NCBI GenBank assembly: GCA_965216635.1
Contig: OZ244188.1
Location: 704,001-768,000, forward strand
From: a bacterium
GTDB lineage: Bacteria; SAR324; XYD2-FULL-50-16; G965216635
Reading direction: 5' to 3'
DNA: 64,000 nt
A program made the position numbers and the translations under genes. The notes beneath the pieces were generated by a model. That model was not told where the DNA came from, did not search any database, and was given only the letters and a program-made list of their open reading frames with translations. Positions 20,887 through 30,071 of the stretch are shown piece by piece (within the stretch, counting starts at the first letter, position 1; every line of letters begins with the position of its first letter).

Positions 20887-21435
20887 ATGAAATCTGCAAT
20901 ATTTTTAGACAGAGACGGGACTCTTATCCAAGAAAAAAATTATCTTTCAAAACTAGAAGATGTTTGTCTTTTTGAAGATGTTCCCCATACTTTAAAAAAA
21001 CTTCAACAAAAAAAATTTCTCTTGTTATTAGTTACCAACCAGTCTGCTATTGCAAGAGGCTATATTGAAGAGAGTTTCACGCATCTTGTTTTTTCTAAAA
21101 TTAATAATGAATTAAAAAAATTTAATGTCAAGTTAGACGCACAGTTTTATTGTCCGCACCATCCAAAAGGAAAACCTCCTTATAATTTAGATTGTAATTG
21201 CCGTAAACCTAAAACTGGTATGATAGATGAAGCTTGTAGAAGCTATCTTATAGATTTAAAAACTAGTTGGGTGATAGGAGATAAAGAGAGTGATATACAA
21301 ATGGCTTTAAAACTCGGTTGTAAGTCAGCTCTAGTTTTAACAGGCTATGGAAAAAAGGAGCTATCTAAGGTGAAAAACTATAAAAAAACAAAGATTTTAA
21401 AAAAATTTTCTGATATACTTACATTTTTACCCTAA
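20887..21435 (+). CDS. gmhB: D-glycero-D-manno-heptose 1,7-bisphosphate phosphatase (HAD IIIA)
   Basis: FLDRDGTL, VTNQS, CPHHP, CNCRKPKTGM, IGDKESD. Confidence 0.92.
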   Translation: MKSAIFLDRDGTLIQEKNYLSKLEDVCLFEDVPHTLKKLQQKKFLLLLVTNQSAIARGYIEESFTHLVFSKINNELKKFNVKLDAQFYCPHHPKGKPPYNLDCNCRKPKTGMIDEACRSYLIDLKTSWVIGDKESDIQMALKLGCKSALVLTGYGKKELSKVKNYKKTKILKKFSDILTFLP

Positions 21436-21442
21436 AAAATAT

Positions 21443-22553
21443 ATGAAAATAGAAACTTTACAACAAGAATTTGCAATATTAAAAAAGAAAAAAGATTATT
21501 TAAAGGAGTATCTTTGACCCACAAAAACTAGAAGAAAATATTCAAAACTTAGAAACACAAGCTGCTCAAAATTTTTTTTGGCAAAAATCACAATCAGAAC
21601 AAAGTCAATTATTAAAAGAAATTTCTGACCTAAAACAAGAAAAAACTTTATGGCAAAATTTAGTCAGTTTAGAACAGGATATTGAAGTCAATGTAGAACT
21701 TTGCTTGGAGCAAATAGATAGAGATTTATTTTTAGAACTGGAAAATACTATTAAACAATTCAAAAATAAGATCCGAGCACAAGAAATTCTTTACTATCTA
21801 AGTGAGTCTTACGATAAAAATAATGCGATTGTGCAGATTAATTCAGGTACGGGTGGAACAGAGGCTATGGATTGGGTTAAAATGCTAATGAGAATGTATT
21901 TAAGATGGGGAGAAAAGCAATCTTTTAGCACAGAAGTAATAGAAGGGACACTCGGAGAAGAAGCAGGATTTAAATCTGTTACTCTTAAAACTACGGGAAA
22001 ATACGCTTATGGAAAACTAAAACAAGAAATCGGTATTCATCGTCTAGTGCGAATTTCTCCCTTTGATAGTCAAAAAAAAAGACATACTTCTTTTGCATCT
22101 GTCTATGTTTATCCAGAAGTAGATGATAGCATAGAAGTGGAAATCAAAGATACAGATCTTAGAATTGATACTTACCGAGCACAAGGTGCAGGAGGGCAGC
22201 ATGTGAATACAACAGATTCAGCAGTCAGAATTGTTCATTTACCAACAGGGATTAAAGTGCAATGCCAAAATGAGAGATCACAACATAAAAACAAAGCTAC
22301 TGCATTAAAAATTTTGAAATCTGCTTTAGTACAAAAAGAAATAGAAGAAAGACAAAAAGAAAAAGATATACAAGAAGGACAAAAAAAGGGGATAAGTTGG
22401 GGTAATCAGACCCGTAGTTATATTTTACACCCCTACCAGATGATAAAAGATCACCGTAGTGGAATGGAAAATTCTAATTCGCAAGAAGTATTGGATGGAG
22501 GGATTGATGATTTTATTCAAGGTAATCTTCTAAAAATGAAACCTTTGCAGTAA
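21443..22553 (+). CDS. prfB: Peptide chain release factor 2 (369 aa) via programmed +1 frameshift after codon 24
   Basis: ATG 21443...CTT TGA C; +1 frame is continuous with ORF 21705-22553; ISPFD, GAGGQHVN, WGNQTRSY. Confidence 0.97.
21504..21518 (+). promoter_or_regulatory. prfB autoregulatory +1 frameshift site
   Basis: Internal SD AGGAG, TAT, then CTT TGA C. Confidence 0.95.
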
Positions 22554-22878
22554 CATTCTGTTTAGCTATGCGGCGGTAAAAATTTATGAAAAATACTCAC
22601 ATACTAGTCTTATTGCTTAAAATTACTTGTGGGGTATTGTAAAAAAGCCACAGGCTTTTTTACAGTTCTTTTTCGGTAAGACTTAGTTTTTTAGCATTTC
22701 GCTTGGACGATATGCCCCATTTTTTCACAATTTTTTGCCTTCGTAGAAGCAAAAAGAATTAAAATTTAACGTTCTAGTCAAGAACGAACGGCAGTGCAGA
22801 TAAGCGCTTTGGCTATAGTTTGTTTGAAGTTTAAAGCAAAGACGCTCTGCTATCACATAACACTAGTGTAAATATCTC
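22538..22878 (+). mobile_element. Divergent modular MITE-like element copy overlapping the prfB 3' end
   Basis: GAAACCTTTGCAGTAACATTCTGTTTAGC ... CACATAACACTAGTGTAAATATCTC; hairpin GTAAAAAAGCC-ACA-GGCTTTTTTAC; ACTCACATAC module. Confidence 0.7.
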
Positions 22879-22892
22879 TCAAAAATTTAAAA

Positions 22893-23285
22893 ATGTTCGG
22901 TCTAGGTTTTGGAGAAATTTTAGTAATTGTAATTATTGGACTGCTTGTTATAGGTCCCGAAAAGTTGCCTTCTTTTGTTAGAGAAGTGTCTGGTATTCTT
23001 TACAAATTTCGCCGCTCTTGGAATAATGTAAAGTACGAAGTGCAGGATGAAATAGATAATTTAATCAAACAAGAAGATATTAAAAAACTGCAAGGTAAAA
23101 CAAAATCTTTTAAAAAAGTAATAGATACTGGTTCTGTATCTTTGGAAAAATTAATTGGTAAAAATGTTAAACAAGAATTGTCAAAAACAGTCAAAGAAGT
23201 AAAAAAAATTGCTTTGCAATCGCAACTTCAAATACAAGAAAAAGAACAGCGTAAAAGTTCTAAAACTTCTGCTAAAAAGAAATAA
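22893..23285 (+). CDS. tatB: Twin-arginine translocase subunit TatB
   Basis: MFGLGFGEILVIVIIGLLVIGPEKLP. Confidence 0.85.
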   Translation: MFGLGFGEILVIVIIGLLVIGPEKLPSFVREVSGILYKFRRSWNNVKYEVQDEIDNLIKQEDIKKLQGKTKSFKKVIDTGSVSLEKLIGKNVKQELSKTVKEVKKIALQSQLQIQEKEQRKSSKTSAKKK

Positions 23286-23290
23286 CCATC

Positions 23291-26200
23291 TCATTGATTT
23301 TCTATAAGCTGTTGTTTGATTTTATTATACTTTTCCCGATTTTCTAAAGTTAACCCTTTGGGATTAATACTTTTGAAAAAAAGCCGAGTTTCTTCTCTCC
23401 ATCCTTGCTCTATTAAAAGCTCCATAGCGGTGAATATAAATGCTCTTCTAGTTGTTTTTTCTAAAGGCAAGTAAATCAGTTTCACTAATCTATTTAAAGC
23501 CTCTTTTTTCTTTTCTAAATGAAGATAGATTTGGGTTTCTAAAAACAGTTTTTGCATGTAGTTCGCTGGAAAATAAATGTAATTTTGTGTTTGTTTTAAA
23601 GAATTTAGAGCGCTCGTAAATTCTCGGTTTTCAAGCTGATTTTTTGCTTGCAATAGACGATATTTTTGCTGCTCTAGTGAATTTAATTCTTTTATTGAAA
23701 TTTTATCAGTTAAAATTTGTGAGGTATTTTTGCTGGTTTGTTTTTCTGTGGTTTGTTTTTCTGTGGTCTGTTTTTCCATTAGGGCTTGCAGAAATAACCA
23801 GCTATTTTTACGGTAGTCTGGTTTTGGAGGGATAGGGAATTGAATTTTTTTATTCTGCCGAAGTGAACAATAGTTGGTTGCTATTTCTCTATCAGTTTTT
23901 TCTGATAGAGTTTCTTGAAAAAAAGGATTTTTTCCGTATTCAATGCACAAATCCCAGTAAGATTGTAAATAAAGAATTTCTTGATTGAGTAATTGAATAC
24001 TCGCTTTTTGGAATGTATTTTTTTTTAGATAATTTTGATAAATTTTGAGAGCTTGATGAAACTCCAACTTGCGTGTGTGTTGTTCTGCTAAAAGCACGGT
24101 TTTTTTCCAAAGATCAAGGGTGTTTTTTTCTTGATTGCTGGTAATATTCTCTTTATGGCGGAGGTGTTTTTTTTCTGTTGAATAAATCAAGTTTAGAAAA
24201 ATATTATCCGCAGCATTTTTGCCACTCTTTGAATTGGGGTTTAGAGCAATGATTTTTTCCAAATATTGGATGCTTAAATCCCAATTTTCTAGCTGGTGGT
24301 AAGCAAAGCTCAAGTTTTTATAAAGGTTTATTTCAGAGCTATTTTTTTGGTGTAATTTTTGTAGAGCAAAATCTATGGCTCTATTGTAGAGTTGATTTGC
24401 TAACCAGACTTCTAGGTATAAATCAGTGTAGAGAGCTCTAGTCAAACTTGGTTTTTTGCTGATTTTTTGTAAATATTCTAGTGCTTTTTTTTCTCTGTCA
24501 AGTTTTAATAAAGAAGCGATATAGAATTTATCAGAAGTAAAGTTATGGTTTTTTTTTGGATTGTGTGCTCGTATAATTTCCCGGTATTTTTTTTTTTTAA
24601 AAAGTAGGCTATTCGTCAAAGATTGGATAGCAGAAGATTGGTGAATTTGAGCAAGTTTGATTTGTTTAAGAGTAGCATCATCGTTTCCAAGACTATCGTG
24701 CGCCCAAGCCTTAAAAAAAAATTGCTCCCGATAATACTTACTGTAAAATTTGCTCTTTTTATCCTTCTTTATAGAGGGTAATGCTAAAATTTCAGCTGGT
24801 TTTTTTTGGAAATAGTAAATTGTAGCTAGATAATACCATTTTTGTGTAGAATAGTTTTTTTCCAGAGAATCAACCTGTAAGCTTGTTTGATAATTAAGAA
24901 AAACTCTTTCTGCTTGTTTGTATTTTTTTTCTCTTAAATAGAGTAGTCCTATGTTAAGATTTGTATGAGACAAAAGCTTTTGACTATTTTCAGAGAGTAA
25001 TAAAGAAGCATTTCTAGCTTTCAGGTAATGCTGTAAGGCTTGGTTAAACTTGAAATTTTTTCTTAAATAATCCGCTTTTTGTGTGTTGTAGTAAAAAATC
25101 AATTCGGGTGTATCTAGTTCTATATATTCTTGGTAAAGAATTTTTTTTTGATTTTTAGAAATATTTTTATGACTCGACAGCATAATGATTCCATGAGGAT
25201 AAAAAGAGCTTGTTTTGATTTTTTTTAAGAGACTAATTTTAGGATTTTTACTTCTCAGTAAACTATCTAAAAAAAAGAGATAATCCAGTTCTTCTTTTTT
25301 ATTTTTTTGAAGATGATTTTTTTTAAGAAGAGTTGCTTTTGTTTTTTTAGACAAAGTATTTTTAGCTAAAAGAGCAGACCAAGCTTTCCAGTAGTTCAGT
25401 TGAAATTTTTTTTCCTCGTTTAAATTTTGAGTTTTTAGCTGCCGTAAAATTTTATAGCTAGAAGAGTATTTTTTTTGTTGGTAGTAATGGAGAGCCTGTA
25501 ATAAAGCAAAAGTTTGAGATATTCTAAAGTCTTTATTTTTTTTTAGTGTCTGCATCTCAAGTAAAATCATTGCTAGGTTTTTTTGCACTTCGGGGAAATC
25601 AAAACTTTTCATTAGTGCTAAAACAGAAGCCAGTTGTAAATTATAAGGTATGGGTATTTGTGGGTAGTATAATTGCCAATTTTTTATTTGAAGAGGGATT
25701 TTGCGGTAGTCTTTATTTTTGAGATAAAGCATAGTTTGTATATATTCTGCAGGGAGTGCTATTTCTAAATTTGAACTGTGATAGACTCTATCCAAAAATT
25801 GTTGCGCCTGTGTGAAATCTCCTTCTAAATAAAAAATCCAAGCCAACCAGAGAGAGACAATCTCTGGTTTTTTGTTATTATACAGTTGCAATAGTATTTT
25901 TTTCGCTTGGACGAGGTCTTTTTTTTTGTTTTTTAAAAAATCTTTTGTAGAATTTAAAACAATTTCTACATTTTTTTTTGTTGCAGTTTTTTCTATAGAG
26001 GAAGGCTTGTTTGTAAAGAAGTTTTTTGGTAGAGTTAAGTTTATTCCCACCCAGTTAGCTTGAGTTAAATCAAATTCTAGTAGATTTTTTTCTATTAAAA
26101 AAAGAACTTCTAAAAAATGAGGTTTATAAAAATCTAGCTTATCAACCCATTTACGAGCAGATAGATTTATAGCTTCATAAATGGGTTTATAGCCTACGAA

Positions 26201-26317
26201 TTCAGGAGAAAAGCTTTCTTTTTTCCATTCGTAAAGTTGTTCTACTTTAGGTAAATAGGTTTGTGCCGCAACAGGAAGTGGAATAATAAAAAGTAAAATA
26301 AAAAAAAGTTTTTTCAT
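23291..26317 (-). CDS. Large exported tetratricopeptide-repeat-like helical protein
   Basis: Signal peptide; TPR-like segments (NLSFAYHQLENWDLSIQYLEKIIALNP; NIGLLYLREKKYKQAERVF); KQTTE 15-bp micro-repeat. Confidence 0.7.
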   Translation of the reverse strand: MKKLFFILLFIIPLPVAAQTYLPKVEQLYEWKKESFSPEFVGYKPIYEAINLSARKWVDKLDFYKPHFLEVLFLIEKNLLEFDLTQANWVGINLTLPKNFFTNKPSSIEKTATKKNVEIVLNSTKDFLKNKKKDLVQAKKILLQLYNNKKPEIVSLWLAWIFYLEGDFTQAQQFLDRVYHSSNLEIALPAEYIQTMLYLKNKDYRKIPLQIKNWQLYYPQIPIPYNLQLASVLALMKSFDFPEVQKNLAMILLEMQTLKKNKDFRISQTFALLQALHYYQQKKYSSSYKILRQLKTQNLNEEKKFQLNYWKAWSALLAKNTLSKKTKATLLKKNHLQKNKKEELDYLFFLDSLLRSKNPKISLLKKIKTSSFYPHGIIMLSSHKNISKNQKKILYQEYIELDTPELIFYYNTQKADYLRKNFKFNQALQHYLKARNASLLLSENSQKLLSHTNLNIGLLYLREKKYKQAERVFLNYQTSLQVDSLEKNYSTQKWYYLATIYYFQKKPAEILALPSIKKDKKSKFYSKYYREQFFFKAWAHDSLGNDDATLKQIKLAQIHQSSAIQSLTNSLLFKKKKYREIIRAHNPKKNHNFTSDKFYIASLLKLDREKKALEYLQKISKKPSLTRALYTDLYLEVWLANQLYNRAIDFALQKLHQKNSSEINLYKNLSFAYHQLENWDLSIQYLEKIIALNPNSKSGKNAADNIFLNLIYSTEKKHLRHKENITSNQEKNTLDLWKKTVLLAEQHTRKLEFHQALKIYQNYLKKNTFQKASIQLLNQEILYLQSYWDLCIEYGKNPFFQETLSEKTDREIATNYCSLRQNKKIQFPIPPKPDYRKNSWLFLQALMEKQTTEKQTTEKQTSKNTSQILTDKISIKELNSLEQQKYRLLQAKNQLENREFTSALNSLKQTQNYIYFPANYMQKLFLETQIYLHLEKKKEALNRLVKLIYLPLEKTTRRAFIFTAMELLIEQGWREETRLFFKSINPKGLTLENREKYNKIKQQLIENQ

Positions 26318-26325
26318 AATTCAAA

Positions 26326-28221
26326 ATGCATAATCTCAATCAAGAACAAAAAAAAGCCGTCTTATCTGAAAACAAACACACTATGGTTTTAGCAGGTGCG
26401 GGAACTGGCAAAACAAAAACTATTATTCATAAAATTATACACTTAATAGAAAAAAATAAAGTTTCTTCTAAAATAGCAGTTTTAACTTTCACACGCAAGG
26501 CAGCCAATGAGATTGTTCACAGATTATATGCTCGTTTAGGTGTGCGCTCCTCTTCTGTTTTTGCTAGCACTTTTCATCAATTTTGTCTTTTTAATATTCG
26601 CAAATACGATTCTTTTTTTGGTTTGCAAGCATATAGAATAATAGATGCAGAAGATCAAAGACAACTAATAAAATACGCTAGAGCAAATACTAAATTAAAA
26701 ATCAAAAATTCAGAAATTCTACAACTTATTTCTTACGCTAGAAATTCTGCCATTTCCATCCCTAACTACCTAGAAAAGTTTCCAAATTTTGCCAAGTTAG
26801 ATTTTGAAGAAATCAATGCTGAAATTATTCAAGTTTATGAAGGCTACAAAAAAGAAAAACAAAAAATGAAATATCTAGATTTTGACGACATTCTTGTTGT
26901 TTTCAGCCGAAAATTACAAGAAAATGAGAAATTCAGACAAGCTATTTCTCAATCTTTTAAAAATTTTTTAGTGGACGAAATGCAAGATACCAACCCCATC
27001 CAATGGAAAATTTTAGAATCTTTATCTCCTTACTGCTCTCTGTTTTGTGTAGGGGACGACGCCCAGAGTATCTATATGTTCAGAGGAGCTGATTTTCGCA
27101 ATGTGCAACATTTTACAAACCGTTTAAGCTCATCCGAATTGTTGCATTTAAATGAAAATTTTCGCTCTACACAGGAAATTTTAGATTTTACTAACTGGTT
27201 GCTGGAGCAGTCCGAATTGCCTTACAATAAAAAACTCAAAGCCTTTAGAGGAAGTGGTTTTAAACCTCAATTACACGATTTTTTTAACGAATGGGATGAA
27301 GCGGAATGGATTAGCGAGCAACTTATTAAAAATACTACGAGAGATTATCGCCTGTATCAACAGATGGTTTTAGTCAGAAGTGCTTGGAATGCCAGAAAAT
27401 TGGAAATTAAACTTATAGAAAAAGATGTGCCTTATACTTTTATCGGAGGCATCAACCTTATGTCTTCAGCCCATGTGAAAGATTTGCTGAGTTTGTTGCA
27501 ATCTGCCATTTTACCGCAAGACAATCTCGCTTGGCTTAGATATCTTACTCTTTGGCAAGGTATAGGCATTAAAGGAGCACAGAATATTTATCAAGAAATA
27601 ACCACCAATGTTGTAGAGCTTGGAAAAACAACAACAGAAGTAGTAGAACTTTTAGTAAAAAAATACCCAAAAAATCCAAAAATAGCAGAATTTATTGATA
27701 AGGTATTTCAAAAAATATCAAACCCTAAGGCGTGTATTGAATCTGCTGTCAATCTTTTAGAAACACTCCTTGCTGAAAAATACGACAACTGGGATTTGAG
27801 AAAAAAAGACTTTGAATTACTCATTAATATTGCCTCTAAATACACTTCGTTACAAAATTTCCTAGATACTTACGCCCTAGAGCCTATTTTTAATGATAGA
27901 GCTGGTAACGTCAAAGATAGAGTGATTCTTATTACAGTTCATAGTGCCAAAGGATTAGAGGCTTCTATTTGCTATTTGATGAAAGTGCAGCCTTTAGTCT
28001 ACCCGCATCAAAAATCTATGGGAGACTATGAAAAAGAAGAAGAAGAAAGAAGAATACTCTATGTTGCCATGACTAGAGCAAAAAACGAACTCTATATTAG
28101 CCGCTCTTTTGAAAATGCGGGGTATTTTGCTATAGTAGAGCCTTCACGAGATGAAAACCGCTACTTTTTAGAAAATGTGCCCCCAGAATTGGTAGATCAC
28201 CATCGCCATTTTCGCGATTAA
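26326..28221 (+). CDS. UvrD/Rep/PcrA family ATP-dependent helicase
   Basis: LNQEQ, AGAGTGKT, TFTRKAA, VDEMQD, VGDDAQSIY.FRGA, NFRST, TVHSAKGLE, EERRILYVAMTRAK. Confidence 0.95.
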   Translation: MHNLNQEQKKAVLSENKHTMVLAGAGTGKTKTIIHKIIHLIEKNKVSSKIAVLTFTRKAANEIVHRLYARLGVRSSSVFASTFHQFCLFNIRKYDSFFGLQAYRIIDAEDQRQLIKYARANTKLKIKNSEILQLISYARNSAISIPNYLEKFPNFAKLDFEEINAEIIQVYEGYKKEKQKMKYLDFDDILVVFSRKLQENEKFRQAISQSFKNFLVDEMQDTNPIQWKILESLSPYCSLFCVGDDAQSIYMFRGADFRNVQHFTNRLSSSELLHLNENFRSTQEILDFTNWLLEQSELPYNKKLKAFRGSGFKPQLHDFFNEWDEAEWISEQLIKNTTRDYRLYQQMVLVRSAWNARKLEIKLIEKDVPYTFIGGINLMSSAHVKDLLSLLQSAILPQDNLAWLRYLTLWQGIGIKGAQNIYQEITTNVVELGKTTTEVVELLVKKYPKNPKIAEFIDKVFQKISNPKACIESAVNLLETLLAEKYDNWDLRKKDFELLINIASKYTSLQNFLDTYALEPIFNDRAGNVKDRVILITVHSAKGLEASICYLMKVQPLVYPHQKSMGDYEKEEEERRILYVAMTRAKNELYISRSFENAGYFAIVEPSRDENRYFLENVPPELVDHHRHFRD

Positions 28222-28235
28222 ACAGAAAAAGAACT

Positions 28236-28344
28236 GCAGGGGACATTTTTTTATCGGTAGATAAAAATGTGTCCCCGTTCTTGAAGAATATGTATTTGTG
28301 GGACGGGGACGCATTTTTTTCGTTGAAAAAAAAACATCCCCTAC
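28236..28344. repeat. REP doublet (REPIN-like): two palindromic units in inverted orientation
   Basis: GCAG-GGGACATTTTT..AAAAATGTGTCCCC-GT (28236-28278) and, on the minus strand, GTAG-GGGATGTTTTT..AAAAATGCGTCCCC-GT (28303-28344). Confidence 0.7.
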
Positions 28345-28422
28345 AGGTTTTTAAAAAAACGCTCTTAACAAAGACGCCCTTAAAAAAAGCTCCCTTATGA
28401 TAGGCATTTTCCAGAAGCTTCC

Positions 28423-29820
28423 TTAACGAAAGCGCCAGATGAATTTTATGCTAATGCTAGCGGGGTTTTTGATTTCTGCGGTTTGGTGGTGTTCCCTGGT
28501 CACAGTTTTTGTAGTGCTTGTAGTCGTTGTTCTGTTCACTCCGCTGGGAATCTTTGCGGTAACCACTATTCTAGTATCGTAGGGAGTGCTACCACTATAG
28601 CTTTCTACCGCCCGATAGTTTTTACTAGGAGTTCCACCTAGCCGGACCAGACCAAGGATGGCTCTCCTTTGGATAGTAGCACCAACAGTAGTTATAGGAG
28701 CAGAAGTAGTAATCGTAGGAGTAGAAATAATCTGGGCATCCTGCACCGCAAGATCTAGCCCTAGCCAAAACAAACCTACCTCTACTTGCAAGTTTTTTGT
28801 AATGGCTCGGTTGTAGGCAAAATGCAAGGCGGGTGCTGTGCCCGATGCCGATCCAAAAACTGTGCCTAGCTTTGCGCTCGCTAAACCCCCTCCTACAGAA
28901 AGACCGTAGGGTAGAAAGTAACGGGCTAAAAGCACTTGGGCTTGCAGCTTGTCGTCCCCTGCGCTCCATTGGAGTTGGTTGAAAGACAAGGAGTATTTTT
29001 CAAAGTTAAAACCGAACGAGATTCCTGTTCCCTTGAGTTTTGAGGTTTCTTCTGAGGTTTTGTCTGGTAGTTTTTCAGGTGGCTTGCCTGGGAGTAAGGT
29101 TGTCATTGGAGCAGAGGGAGATAAAGCTGACTCAAAAAAAGCTTTACAAAGAGGGACTGCTGCAGCTTGATCTGTTGTGCTGTTAATGTCAATGGCTGTT
29201 GCTGGTGTATCTATTAAGAGTTGCCTTAGAGCAGCTATATCACCTGTGAAGTTGTCCGTTGTGGCGTAGCTAATCAAAGAGACGGTAGGTGCTTTGAAGA
29301 AACCAGATTCTGGCATCGTAAAGGTGGGTATTGCACCGCTCTGACACAAGGATCTAGCATGACCTATTGCAGTAGCAACAGTTGCTAGGTTGTCAGGATT
29401 ACCATCGTTGTCCGGATTTCCACCAAATCTCCACCTGTGGGTTGTGGCATCTGAGTAAAAATTAGGCACAGTGGCGTCGTAGCTAGTAGCAGCTACTACC
29501 TCGCTTATTACTTCGCTTTCTACCGTCCTTTCCTCACCTGTTATCCTACTTGTTTTTTTGAGCTTTACATCCATCACAAAAGGACTAACACCAACAAACC
29601 AACCCTGCTGTCCTGTTTGTTTTCCTGCTTTTTCTCCTTCTTGGGCTTGCAGACTATTCGCCACACCTACAAGAGAAAAGACTAAAACCGCTAAAAGCAC
29701 AGCCTTAAACGAACCAGCACCCGATCCAGTAAAATTTTTACCAGTAATTTTACCTGTAATTTTATTTGTAATTTTATTTGGCGTTTTACCAGTAATTTTA
29801 CCTGTAATTTTATTTGACAT
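28423..29820 (-). CDS. Putative beta-barrel surface protein with large inserted loops (paralog A)
   Basis: KITG-repeat N-extension, signal peptide, QQGWFVGVSPFV, barrel block GTGISFGFNFEK..YFLPYGLSVGGGLA..ITKNLQVEVG, C-terminal ISIKFIWRFR. Confidence 0.75.
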   Translation of the reverse strand: MSNKITGKITGKTPNKITNKITGKITGKNFTGSGAGSFKAVLLAVLVFSLVGVANSLQAQEGEKAGKQTGQQGWFVGVSPFVMDVKLKKTSRITGEERTVESEVISEVVAATSYDATVPNFYSDATTHRWRFGGNPDNDGNPDNLATVATAIGHARSLCQSGAIPTFTMPESGFFKAPTVSLISYATTDNFTGDIAALRQLLIDTPATAIDINSTTDQAAAVPLCKAFFESALSPSAPMTTLLPGKPPEKLPDKTSEETSKLKGTGISFGFNFEKYSLSFNQLQWSAGDDKLQAQVLLARYFLPYGLSVGGGLASAKLGTVFGSASGTAPALHFAYNRAITKNLQVEVGLFWLGLDLAVQDAQIISTPTITTSAPITTVGATIQRRAILGLVRLGGTPSKNYRAVESYSGSTPYDTRIVVTAKIPSGVNRTTTTSTTKTVTREHHQTAEIKNPASISIKFIWRFR

Positions 29821-29899
29821 TTTGTTTTTTAATTTAAATTAAACACAGAAAAAAGAAAATATGGATCTTAAATCTATCTAAGAACCATCTAAAAACCAT

Positions 29900-29928
29900 A
29901 GAATATTATAATTCTCCTTTAAAGTCAA
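29900..29928 (-). promoter_or_regulatory. Putative sigma70 promoter of paralog A
   Basis: TTGACT-17 nt-TATTCT on the minus strand; paralog B has TTGCCT at the equivalent position. Confidence 0.4.
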
Positions 29929-30071
29929 CACTCAAAAAACAATAAACCCAAATAAAAAAACAAATGCAGGTTGGGAAAAAAAAACATCCCCTACAGGTTT
30001 TAAAAAAACGCTCTTAACAGAATCGCCCTTAAAAAAAGCTCCCTTATGATAGGCATTTTCCAGAAGCTTCC

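Noticed and set aside
23291..26317. Poly-A/T tracts as phase-variation switches
   Set aside because: Homopolymers are ubiquitous in this AT-rich, Lys-rich sequence and the frames are intact.
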